From contig CAVPBK010000006.1 in assembly GCA_963701855.1 (NCBI GenBank), positions 256,001 through 320,000 on the forward strand: a stretch of 64,000 nucleotides of DNA. The letters run 5' to 3'. The translations under genes were made by a program, and so were the position numbers. Positions 29,367 through 38,030 of this stretch are shown one piece after another. Each line of letters opens with the position of its first letter. The first letter of the stretch is position 1. Source of the DNA: Nitrospirota bacterium (GTDB taxonomy: Bacteria; Nitrospirota; Nitrospiria; Nitrospirales; Nitrospiraceae). The notes beneath the pieces are model-generated. The model was not told the origin of the DNA. It was given only the letters and a program-made list of their open reading frames with translations, and searched no databases.

Positions 29367-31226
29367 TCAGCGTTCCGGTATCCCAAGAGATTGGGTCTGG
29401 CTTAGAAGGATCGTGTCCAACCTCACGCGGGATTGTTCATGGAGGCGGCGAAATTCCTCTCTGGCGAGGAGCGGATCGGCAAAGGTCCGATCAGAGGGCG
29501 CGATGGGAGCGAGAGGAAACATAGTCAGCGATGACCTCTTGGCAGCCGGTGTGCTCTTCCAGGGATTGTAAAGCGGATCGCCGACGAGCACCATGCGCCA
29601 GCTGATCCATCGACTGGTTAAATAATAGGCCTCGACCAGCGAATACTGGCCGGTCATCAGGAGTGCCACGAACTCGAGCGGTTCAGGAAAGGCATCCAGG
29701 TACGGTTCACCGATGGAACCGAGCGTCGAGGTGATCCCCCGTTCCAGCGCATTCTTGCACCAGCCTGGCTCGGAAGCGCGGTGGAGGCTCACCGCTTCCG
29801 CGGAAGCCATATGATAGCCGATGGCGCCTGACCGAAAGGTAAACGCGTCCTCGTATTGTCTGAGCCGATACCAGCCTACATAGAGCGCGACATCCGGCGC
29901 CTCACCAGGACGATGCAATCGAGTCTCGGTGTTCTCTAGTTTCGATCGGTAGGTCGTGTGCTGTGTGAGGAAGTTGTTCAAGTCACGCAAGCTTTGATCG
30001 TATCGGCCATAGGTATCCGATTGGTCTTTAACCGACAGGCCTCGAGCATCCAGATAGACGGTTCCGATGAGTCCTTGTTGCTCCGTCTCTCTCGCCCGAT
30101 CCACTAGACGGAAGGCCAGGTCGGCAGTTGGTGCATCGAGTCGGCTCACCATTAGTATAGGGATATCTCGGCGGGACCCTCCCGCAGCCTTCTTGAAAGA
30201 GTGATGGAGCGGATTGGCCCGCCGCCAAGAAGCCCCGTATTGGTGGCGATCCCACCAGAGCAGGCTCAACTCGCTATCCACACTTGCGTCGGCCTGTTCG
30301 TCTGACAAGAGATTCAGCTCCAGAGCCGCCAGGCCAAAGACGCCATAAGCCCCATAGACCTTCCCGACCTCTTCATATAATTCAGCTCGCCGGCTGCGGA
30401 CTGGGAGTTCCAACGACCCCAGCAACAACTGCAATCCCTCCAACTGCTCAACCCGCATAGGTGCGCCTCCCCCGCCAACCGAATCCTGGCCCTCTTGAGG
30501 GAGATCATGGTGCAGTTGCGCAAGGCCAGCCATCCCTTGATGAGCCTGAACCACAGCTTCCAACTGCGCAGACCACTGATGAAGGATTGGCGGCTTCAGC
30601 TGCGTGACCCGCTTAACGGACTCCTGGACCGCCTCGTCGACTCGCAGCAAGAACGCCACATGGCGTTCATGCGTCACAACCCCTTGTTCCTCCTTTGTGG
30701 ACGGAGCCGGCTTGGAACCGGATTGCAGAGCAATGTCGCGAGCCTGGCGCTCAATGTCCACCAACTGTGACCTCGCGGCGCCGAGTCTGTTACTCGCATC
30801 ACGTTGCCAGCGCTGTTCCTCTGGCGTGAGCTTCGGCGGCTCGACTCGTAGAGGCACGCCATAGACCGTCACCAGCACACGAACGGATTGTTGGATTCGC
30901 TGGTCCTGCAACGCCTGCCGAAGCGGTATGACCAATCGACGCTCATAGTTTTCCCGGCTCATGGTGTCGTCGAGCGGAAGATCCAGTTGGGCAATCTGTT
31001 GCAAGGGGACTCCTCGGCGAGTCGCATAATGTTCCGCGACCATCAGGCTCTCCCGGCTGTTGGCATTGGCAACGATCATCACCTGATTGGCCGAGAGTTC
31101 GGCTTGGGCCGGGAGAACTTTCCCCATGAAAGTGATGACGAGGAGAACTAACCCCGTGGTCGCAAGTCGAATCGGCAGGAAGAAAGAGGTTAACTCCTCA
31201 TGGGGAAAACGTGTGGCCAACGTCAT
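29367..31226 (-). CDS. TIGR03790-family protein (PEP-CTERM/exosortase-associated)
   Basis: VANANSRESL.VAEHYA..RGVP, VYGVPL, ASVDSEL, MVSRLDAPT, YVGWY, GAIGYH, EPYLDAFP, SWRMVLVGDPLYNP. Confidence 0.78.
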   Translation of the reverse strand: MTLATRFPHEELTSFFLPIRLATTGLVLLVITFMGKVLPAQAELSANQVMIVANANSRESLMVAEHYATRRGVPLQQIAQLDLPLDDTMSRENYERRLVIPLRQALQDQRIQQSVRVLVTVYGVPLRVEPPKLTPEEQRWQRDASNRLGAARSQLVDIERQARDIALQSGSKPAPSTKEEQGVVTHERHVAFLLRVDEAVQESVKRVTQLKPPILHQWSAQLEAVVQAHQGMAGLAQLHHDLPQEGQDSVGGGGAPMRVEQLEGLQLLLGSLELPVRSRRAELYEEVGKVYGAYGVFGLAALELNLLSDEQADASVDSELSLLWWDRHQYGASWRRANPLHHSFKKAAGGSRRDIPILMVSRLDAPTADLAFRLVDRARETEQQGLIGTVYLDARGLSVKDQSDTYGRYDQSLRDLNNFLTQHTTYRSKLENTETRLHRPGEAPDVALYVGWYRLRQYEDAFTFRSGAIGYHMASAEAVSLHRASEPGWCKNALERGITSTLGSIGEPYLDAFPEPLEFVALLMTGQYSLVEAYYLTSRWISWRMVLVGDPLYNPWKSTPAAKRSSLTMFPLAPIAPSDRTFADPLLAREEFRRLHEQSRVRLDTILLSQTQSLGIPER

Positions 31227-31728
31227 TGTGTGCAGTGTAAAAGATCTACCGCGCATGAACAAGAACAGGTTCTGTGGTCCAGCCGTGCCAACAGCTGAGC
31301 ATCGAGGTTCTTGTGCGCGAGGAACAGCTGATCACGCAACACAATCAACTGGCAAAACACCAATCCCCGAGGAAGGCGGGATCGCCTACCCATCAGCCTT
31401 CAAGTACGGCATAAGTGCCAGCCATCAGCCCGAGATCTCTTATCACTGGTGTCGTGAGCTATTTGGATTATGGTAACTGACGCCGTCTTCATAATCATGC
31501 AGCCAGGTCGTCCCCGTTAGTCGGCCTTGAGCGTAACTTAGGCGAAGCTCATTTTAGCGGCGGCCACCCTTTCAGCAATGAGGCTGCGCTCTTTTATGGA
31601 AACTTTCTCATCCGGCCGGTTTCTCGGCAGTAAACTATGCTCTGGTTCGGAACGTGATTGGGAGTATTCCTTACCACTGAGTTCTCAAGAAAAGACTCCC
31701 GACCACCCTATGAGTCCCCATCGTGTCG

Positions 31729-32121
31729 TCAACTCGTCCTTCCATCCCTCACATCGAACACCTTTTTTACGGCTGTCAGCAATGTCGCTTGATTGATCGG
31801 GTTCGACAAGATGCTGGACACGCCTTGCTTGACAAGCACCCTCGCTCTTTCGGTCGTCACTTCGCCGCTTAACACGATGACTGAGGCATGAGGAAACTGG
31901 GATCGAAAATAGGGGATCGCCTCCATTCCGCCCATATTCGGCATTTTAAGGTCGCAGATGATGGCGCCCAATGCAAACGGGTTATCTCCGCGCTTAATAG
32001 CCCTGACGCCTGCTTCTCCATCCTCAGCTTCCACCACATACCCCGCCTTCGACAAGATTAGACGCACCGATTTCCTGACATCCGCTTCGTCGTCCACGAC
32101 CAACACTCTCCCTTCACTCAT
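31729..32121 (-). CDS. Single-domain response regulator (CheY-like), partly degenerate
   Basis: VLVVDDE, IICDLKMP, VLSG; the conserved Lys of KP is replaced (SNP); RBS AAGGAG. Confidence 0.75.
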   Translation of the reverse strand: MSEGRVLVVDDEADVRKSVRLILSKAGYVVEAEDGEAGVRAIKRGDNPFALGAIICDLKMPNMGGMEAIPYFRSQFPHASVIVLSGEVTTERARVLVKQGVSSILSNPINQATLLTAVKKVFDVRDGRTS

Positions 32122-32538
32122 ACAACGCTCCTTCTATGTCAATTGCGCACCTGGCTTGCTGCGTTTCATCAATGATGCAGGTACCCCGACACGGTGCCAG
32201 ATTCCATCACGGAGCCTTTCCTCACACGCAATTCTCATTGCCAGGATTCGCGAGGCGATGACCCCACCGAGGAAACCGATGGAGTTCCAGTTAAGATCGT
32301 GTTAACGGTGGGGAGGTCGCGTGTAGGATCATGCCCAGAGAGGCAAATTTTACAACGTCCTTCAGCATCCGCTCCGCATCCAACCTAAATTTCCTCGTCC
32401 TGATGTAGGAAATGGTGCAGATGCTCGGCGTGGATCACGGCTTCGAGTTGCTCCCTCGCGTCCTCGATTCGATCCTGCTACTTCTACATTCGCCAAGAAC
32501 ATGCGCGCGTTAGGGACATTCACGTAGACAAGACTTGA

Positions 32539-32593
32539 ATTTACGCAACGATAACAAGTCTCTAACCGCAGCGCAATGCTGGCCTGGTAGAAT
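32539..32593 (+). promoter_or_regulatory. Putative Pho-box array and -10 upstream of the CBS gene
   Basis: ATTTACG 32539, GATAACA 32550, TCTAACC 32561, CGCAATG 32572, TAGAAT 32588. Confidence 0.5.
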
Positions 32594-32634
32594 CATGCCA
32601 ATACAAAATAATCAATATTTAAGGAGGAGAAAAG

Positions 32635-33018
32635 ATGGTTACAGTCAGCCAACTCATGAAACGGGACCTCGTGACGGTGGACTCCGGCACCTCAGTCGTC
32701 GAAGCTGCCAAATTGATGAAAGCCTGCAATGTGGGCTTCGTGTTGGTCGCCCACGATCACCAGATCATCGGCATCGTCACGGAGTCGGATGTGGTGAGAA
32801 AATTCGTGGGAGCCGACAGGGGACCCTACTTTGTTCCCGTCGAAGACATCATGAGCAGTCCGATCGTCGGAATAGAAGAACGCCGCCCGCTCACTGAAGC
32901 GGCAGACCTCATGAATAGGCATCAGACGCACCACCTGGGCGTCACCAAGAGTGGGACGGTGATTGGCATCCTCTCCGTCCGCGATTTGCTCCATCCTGTC
33001 TCCATCGACGAATTCTAG
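32635..33018 (+). CDS. Tandem CBS domain protein
   Basis: VSQLM, GIVTESDVV, VEDIMS, GILSVRDLL; RBS AAGGAGG. Confidence 0.9.
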   Translation: MVTVSQLMKRDLVTVDSGTSVVEAAKLMKACNVGFVLVAHDHQIIGIVTESDVVRKFVGADRGPYFVPVEDIMSSPIVGIEERRPLTEAADLMNRHQTHHLGVTKSGTVIGILSVRDLLHPVSIDEF

Positions 33019-33089
33019 CCGTCAACCTCCTAATCAACTTTCCTGATCCCTCGTTTCCACCGCATTCGATGCGGAGGAGACGGGGCTCG

Positions 33090-33220
33090 CTTTTGTTTGT
33101 CTTGTTCATTTGGTCTGTTCGGTCTATCTGGTCTGTCTCGTGTATTTGGTTGTTTGGTTGCTCTGGGTCGAACAACAAACACGATAGGCCGGATCAACCA
33201 GATGGACCAGATGGACCAGA
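33090..33220. repeat. 9-mer-periodic imperfect palindrome (TGGTCTRTC)n...(GAYRGACCA)n
   Basis: About 8 left-arm and 4 right-arm 9-nt units between convergent genes. Confidence 0.7.
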
Positions 33221-33907
33221 CTAGGCTCGCAGCTTGTATCCCACACCCCTGACGGTCAAGATGAAGGTCGGACTGGAGGGGTTCTGCTCGATCTTCTGCC
33301 GGAGCGAATGAATATGCACATCGAGCGCGTGCTCTTCGAGCGCATATCCTTCTCCCCAGACCCGGTTGAGCATCTCCTGGCGAGAGAACACGCGGCGAGG
33401 TGATTCGAGGAACTGCTTGAGGATCTGGAATTCTTTTGGGGTCAGATCGATGGCATGGCCGTTGACCAGGACTTCGTGACGATCGAGGTCCATCCGAAGA
33501 TTCCCCGCGTGATATTGGGTGTTCGTCTCGACGCCGGCGTCTCGGCGTCGAAGGATGGCGCGCACACGGGCGACCAGCTCACGGATACTCTGGCCGCACA
33601 CGATCAAATCTACATCCTCATCATATCCTAGAAGACAGTTCTCATCCTGGCAGGAGATGCTTCCCTCCTGCACCGCGACGATTGGAACCGTGTTCAGCGC
33701 GCTGACCCGACGAAAATTGGCGATGGAACTGGAGTGTAGGTCGAGAATAATCAAGGATGGCGCGTTCGTTTTTGCCTCTATGAGAGCAAGAGACTCCGTG
33801 GTCACCGCCGTGCCGCGATACCCACTCGTTTCCAGCGCCTTCTGCAACGACTGCGCGAAGGACTCGGATTTCAGAAAGATGATCACCGAATTGCGTACAC
33901 TTGTCAT
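33221..33907 (-). CDS. OmpR/PhoB-family regulator with an atypical (pseudo-)receiver domain
   Basis: Intact winged helix (LTPKEFQIL, LDVHIHSLRQKIE, TVRGVGY); the receiver lacks the acidic pair and the KPF motif. Confidence 0.85.
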   Translation of the reverse strand: MTSVRNSVIIFLKSESFAQSLQKALETSGYRGTAVTTESLALIEAKTNAPSLIILDLHSSSIANFRRVSALNTVPIVAVQEGSISCQDENCLLGYDEDVDLIVCGQSIRELVARVRAILRRRDAGVETNTQYHAGNLRMDLDRHEVLVNGHAIDLTPKEFQILKQFLESPRRVFSRQEMLNRVWGEGYALEEHALDVHIHSLRQKIEQNPSSPTFILTVRGVGYKLRA

Positions 33908-33963
33908 GGATGAGTTACCAGTCAACATTGCATAGTCATCATCAACCAGGCTCAACAACAAAT

Positions 33964-34092
33964 CGTTACGCCGGTATTAATTGCTCGTTAAATCGAACAG
34001 GCACATGGTGACTCATTTGGCCCTGCACCTGGACGGAGTTAACACCGATTTAACAATTGATTGATCTCGTGGTAATGACACACTGGTATCCT
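33964..34092. promoter_or_regulatory. Divergent promoter region with two oppositely oriented putative Pho-box arrays
   Basis: Minus strand: TTTAACG/ATTAATA/CGTAACG at 33986, 33975, 33964. Plus strand: GTTAACA 34038, TTTAACA 34049, GGTAATG 34071, TATCCT 34087. Confidence 0.65.
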
Positions 34093-34111
34093 CTTTGCAG
34101 AAGGTTGAAAA

Positions 34112-34221
34112 GTCTATCCGGTCTGTTTGGTCTGTCTTGTTTATTTGGTTAAACCAGACAAACAAAACAAACCAGATCAACCAGCCAGACTAGATGAACC
34201 AGATCACCAGATAAACCGGAC
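34112..34221. repeat. 9-mer-periodic imperfect palindrome in the pstS leader
   Basis: gtctatccggtctgtttggtctgtcttg...aaaccagacaaacaaaacaaaccagatcaaccag...ataaaccggac. Confidence 0.7.
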
Positions 34222-34258
34222 ATTTTGGGGAATGAAGGGAATGGAGGTACGACAGAAC

Positions 34259-35308
34259 ATGACACAGTATCGCCGCCCGGCCTCGGTGGGTCTCGGCCTC
34301 TTTCTTGTGCTGCTCTTTGCGGTAGCCTTCCAAGTCTCTGGTCAAGTCATGCCCTCGCTGGATCCCAAGATCCCTCCCTATCAGCGCGTGAGCGAGCTGA
34401 CCGGCACGCTCGCCGTTGCAGGATCGGACACCATGAAACCGTTGACAGAATCATGGTCGGCAAAACTCAAACAGCTATATCCCGGCCTCTCGATCAAAGT
34501 GGAAAGCAGAGGATCCGAGACAGGGCTGGATGCGCTGCTGGAAGGGAAAGCCCAGATCGCCGCGATGTCTCGGCGTATGACGCAGCAGGAGGTCGTTGAT
34601 TTTAAGCGGGAATTCGGCTATGAACCGACTGAGGTTCCTGTTGCCGTGGATGCACTGGCCGTCTTCGTGCATAAAGACAACCCGATCGAGGGATTGTCTC
34701 TCGCTGAACTGGATGCCATCTTCTCCAAAGAACGGCGACGCGGGTTGGAATACCCTATCAAGCGGTGGGGCGACGCGATGGTGTTCGAAGAGGAATGGGC
34801 GGAAACGCCTATTCAGATCTACGGGCGGAATGGGAATTCCGGTACTGCGTTATTCTTCAGAGAACACGTCTTGAACGGGGCTGATTTTAGGAAGCCCATG
34901 ACGGTGGGCGTCGGGTCGGCCTCGGTCGTGATTGAACTGATGAAGGATCGATTCGGAATCGGATTCAGCAGCATCGGCTATCGGACATCAGACCTCCGAC
35001 CTGTCCCCTTGGCAACGGTCAAGGGTGGACGGTATGTGACGCCGACCTTTGAGACGGCAATGGATGGGTCCTATCCTTTGAGACGCAACCTATATCTCTA
35101 TATCAACCGGCCGCCGAAAGTCGCACCGCCAGGGCCGCTCGCGGAGTATGTGAAATTCGCACTGAGCCAACGAGGACAGAAAATTGTCTTGGACCAAGGG
35201 TATTATCCGCTCCCAACGATAGAACTAGACCGACTGATCAAGATGTGGACGCCCCCTGTGTCTGTGCGAACCGCAGCCGCTGAAGAACCAGCCAAGACCC
35301 AGAACTAG
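34259..35308 (+). CDS. pstS: Phosphate ABC transporter substrate-binding protein PstS
   Basis: Signal peptide, AGSDTM, GSETG, AAMSR, AVDALAVFVHKDNP, YGRNGNSGT, YPLRRNLYLY; start uncertain. Confidence 0.88.
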   Translation: MTQYRRPASVGLGLFLVLLFAVAFQVSGQVMPSLDPKIPPYQRVSELTGTLAVAGSDTMKPLTESWSAKLKQLYPGLSIKVESRGSETGLDALLEGKAQIAAMSRRMTQQEVVDFKREFGYEPTEVPVAVDALAVFVHKDNPIEGLSLAELDAIFSKERRRGLEYPIKRWGDAMVFEEEWAETPIQIYGRNGNSGTALFFREHVLNGADFRKPMTVGVGSASVVIELMKDRFGIGFSSIGYRTSDLRPVPLATVKGGRYVTPTFETAMDGSYPLRRNLYLYINRPPKVAPPGPLAEYVKFALSQRGQKIVLDQGYYPLPTIELDRLIKMWTPPVSVRTAAAEEPAKTQN

Positions 35309-35309
35309 A

Positions 35310-35410
35310 CTGATCTGTCTAGTTGATCTGGTCTGTCTTGCCTATTCGGTCTATCTCGTGTATTTGGTTGAATGAACTCAACCAGATAGACCAAATGAAC
35401 AAGAGAGACT
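35310..35410. repeat. 9-mer-periodic imperfect palindrome after pstS
   Basis: Shares the core TCGTGTATTTGGT with the copies near 33140 and 55172. Confidence 0.7.
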
Positions 35411-35456
35411 GCTGTTCCATTCAACATCATGCCAAGGTACACACACGGACCCTCCC

Positions 35457-36158
35457 ATGAGCCGACTCATCTGCCTGGCTTTTCTTGCCTCCGTCGGCGT
35501 CGGACTGATCGGTGCCTGTAGCCCTAGACAATTCACCACCGTCACGATTTACGACAAACCCGATGCCTTTGTCCGGTTGGAGTTTGATCGGACAGTAACG
35601 AAGGGAGCAGAGCACTCGCATCCGATCTCGCTCAAAGCCGAACAAATCGCCGCGGTCCTGAGCGGGGTGAGGATTCATGAGCCCATTCCCCTGGCTCAGG
35701 GTGATATCCTACAGCGAGATCATATTCCGCGCATCCATCCGGCCTTCTCTGATAAAGAAATAGAGCTCTTCGCGCCGCTGTTCGCTCAGGCCCTCAGCAA
35801 GGCAACGCCGGAAGAAGTCGTCACCTTCTATCAGACTCGAGACATTTCAGCCATCACGCGAGAAGTCACGTCCGGAGGGCTATATGTCCAAGGCGATGAA
35901 CTGCATCTGATTCTCGCGAACTACCGGTCGCATACCCGCTATATGGCCGACTTCGGTGTCGCCGAAACACAGGACGACCGGCTCACGCCGATGCAATCGT
36001 TGGCCCCACAAGATGGCCGTCTTGAGTTTGAGCCGGACTCAGCCAAACGGGAACAACCTGCTGGAGGGTTGGGAAAACTCTTTCAATGGAATCATCGCGA
36101 ACTGGCGGTGCTGTATAAACAACTGCCTCCCCGCCCCTTGGTTCAGCCAGCCCCTTAA
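35457..36158 (+). CDS. Hypothetical lipoprotein
   Basis: Signal peptide with lipobox IGAC; 233 aa ORF. Confidence 0.7.
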   Translation: MSRLICLAFLASVGVGLIGACSPRQFTTVTIYDKPDAFVRLEFDRTVTKGAEHSHPISLKAEQIAAVLSGVRIHEPIPLAQGDILQRDHIPRIHPAFSDKEIELFAPLFAQALSKATPEEVVTFYQTRDISAITREVTSGGLYVQGDELHLILANYRSHTRYMADFGVAETQDDRLTPMQSLAPQDGRLEFEPDSAKREQPAGGLGKLFQWNHRELAVLYKQLPPRPLVQPAP

Positions 36159-36294
36159 GCTGCCACAGTCCCCTAGCTGGCGGCTCTAGGCAGTCTGCTG
36201 GCAAATCTGGCGCAGGACGTACGAGAAAAGCCAGTGGTCAAGCACTCATTCTGCCAAGTTGCGCCTCTCTCACTCATCTCGCCTGTCTCGCGGA

Positions 36295-37737
36295 CTAAAA
36301 ACTCCATTGGAGTTGGAACCTGACCAAGTTGCCGGTTTGGAGCTGGTAGGGGGTCTGGCTGCACGAGACCTGCGAGGAGGAAGTGCCGCAGAAGCTATTG
36401 GCAGGAAGGGTGGCCGAATCCCCCGAGGTTCGCTGCGTCCATGAATAGGCAACGGTCAATTCGAGCGAGCGATTGAACTGATACTCGAGCCCCAGTTCTG
36501 TTTCCCGCACCGACTGCTGAGGCGCATTACTCTGAAGCTTCTGGCCGCCGAAATATTCTTGCGTGCGTACATACGGAAAGATGCTCTGGCAATAGGTGTC
36601 GCATTTGTAGTTGTAATACAATTGAACATACCCGCCGTGCAAGGAGCCGAGTTCCACCGCCGTCCGATCGTTATTCAGTTGAGGCCCCCTCCCAATCAGA
36701 TACTCCGCCTGAAGGCCGAACGGTTGCGGAAAGACGATAAGATTCCAAGTGACCCGTTCGTCGAGATAATTCCCATTGTTCGTGGCTAGAGGCGAAACCG
36801 GGACTCCATCCGTTGAATTGGTGGGCACGACAGGAGAGGTTGACACGACGATTTCACCCGTATAGGCGTCCATCCCGACCTGGACGATTTGACCGTTGGA
36901 AAACTCATGGGGATACGCCGAGTGAAATACCACATGCTTGTTTTTGTTCGCATCTTGCTGATCGATACCCTGACCATTGTAGACCCCGATGCCCAACATG
37001 CCATAGTCGCCTGACCCTTTGAGGCCGCTCTCCACCAACCGCCGGAACCGCTCGCGCACCACGGTCGGCGCGTAATAGAGAAAGACGCCCAGATTGCGCT
37101 CATTCGGGACTGCGCTAAAGGTCGCATCATTGCGGTCGAACGCCAGCCGGTTTTGGCTTGACTGCACGGTCTCGAATCCAAACGGTATCTTCGACTGCCC
37201 GGGCCGGATCCGCCATTCTTTGTTCGCTGTGAGATAGATATCGGCATAGGCATCTCTCAGTACCACCGTGCCTTCATTATTGTTGCCTTGCACATTGTTG
37301 ACGAAGCCTGCGAATTCACCCTGCAGATAGACGAATACGCGATCGTGAGGCTGGCCGCTCACAATGAGGCGGGCGCGGCGCAGAAAGAACTCGTTGTTCT
37401 TGACGATCGAGCGATCACCCGGGGAAGTCAGGTTCTCACTATTTGGCGTGGAACTGTAGCGGAATTGGGTATAGCCCCTGATACTGATCTTTTCATACCA
37501 TCGTTCCCGGACAGGCACATCGCCAATCCCCCGGCTTTCTTCCATGACCTTCGCTTCCCGTTTCTCTTCCTCCGCTTTCAGCCGGACCCACTGATCGAAG
37601 GTGATCTGCTTATTCTCCAGGAGGACGTCCTCAGTCGGACCTCCCCAGCCATCATTCCACCAGCACAAAGAAAGCAGGGTGGCGATGAGAGCAATCTTAA
37701 ACGTTCCTCTCATTGCCCCAAAAAACCAATCGCACAT
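36295..37737 (-). CDS. Phosphate-selective porin, OprO/OprP-like
   Basis: IRGYTQFRY, FFLRRARLI, LRDAYAD, GQSKIPFGFE..QSS, C-terminal FQLQWSF; start at 37737 or 37713. Confidence 0.82.
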   Translation of the reverse strand: MCDWFFGAMRGTFKIALIATLLSLCWWNDGWGGPTEDVLLENKQITFDQWVRLKAEEEKREAKVMEESRGIGDVPVRERWYEKISIRGYTQFRYSSTPNSENLTSPGDRSIVKNNEFFLRRARLIVSGQPHDRVFVYLQGEFAGFVNNVQGNNNEGTVVLRDAYADIYLTANKEWRIRPGQSKIPFGFETVQSSQNRLAFDRNDATFSAVPNERNLGVFLYYAPTVVRERFRRLVESGLKGSGDYGMLGIGVYNGQGIDQQDANKNKHVVFHSAYPHEFSNGQIVQVGMDAYTGEIVVSTSPVVPTNSTDGVPVSPLATNNGNYLDERVTWNLIVFPQPFGLQAEYLIGRGPQLNNDRTAVELGSLHGGYVQLYYNYKCDTYCQSIFPYVRTQEYFGGQKLQSNAPQQSVRETELGLEYQFNRSLELTVAYSWTQRTSGDSATLPANSFCGTSSSQVSCSQTPYQLQTGNLVRFQLQWSF

Positions 37738-37783
37738 GCATCCTCCAAGCCTATGTAATAGCAACGAACCGAGCAACTAGGGG

Positions 37784-37838
37784 AGGATAGGGAGGAAGGG
37801 TTACAGGCAGGTTACGATGGGGTCCGGGATGGGTTAAC
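37784..37838 (-). promoter_or_regulatory. Putative Pho-box array and -10 upstream of the porin
   Basis: Minus strand GTTAACC (37838), CGTAACC (37816), TGTAACC (37805), TATCCT (37789). Confidence 0.65.
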
Positions 37839-37851
37839 TCGTGAAGGGCCG

Positions 37852-38020
37852 GAGTGGGCGAGGCAAGCGGGAGGAACGAGACTCGCGTGACGTACGCGAA
37901 ATGCGGGACGAGTGAGGGGGTCTTAAGACTGCAAGCTAACGTGTTCGGAACTTCGAGCCCAGATCTTCGAATTTCGTGTCGCGCCAGTCACGCTTTTCCT
38001 GCCAGTCTCGATCGTCTCGC
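37852..38020. repeat. GC-rich 9-mer palindromic repeat containing the GCTRAMGTGTTCGGAACTTCGA module
   Basis: The module recurs at about 11565, 26273 and 48203. Confidence 0.55.
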
Positions 38021-38030
38021 TTAGCCCAGG

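Noticed and set aside
31262..31720. Possible riboswitch or sRNA upstream of the TIGR03790 gene
   Set aside because: No recognisable aptamer consensus by eye; an Rfam/Infernal scan would be needed
34127..34258. N-terminal extensions of PstS (and likewise WecB 56863-57000 and PhoU 26246-26362)
   Set aside because: They translate intergenic repeats that happen to lack stop codons
33090..35410. Repeat tracts as a CRISPR array
   Set aside because: Units are 9 nt, degenerate and contiguous with no unique spacers, and there are no cas genes
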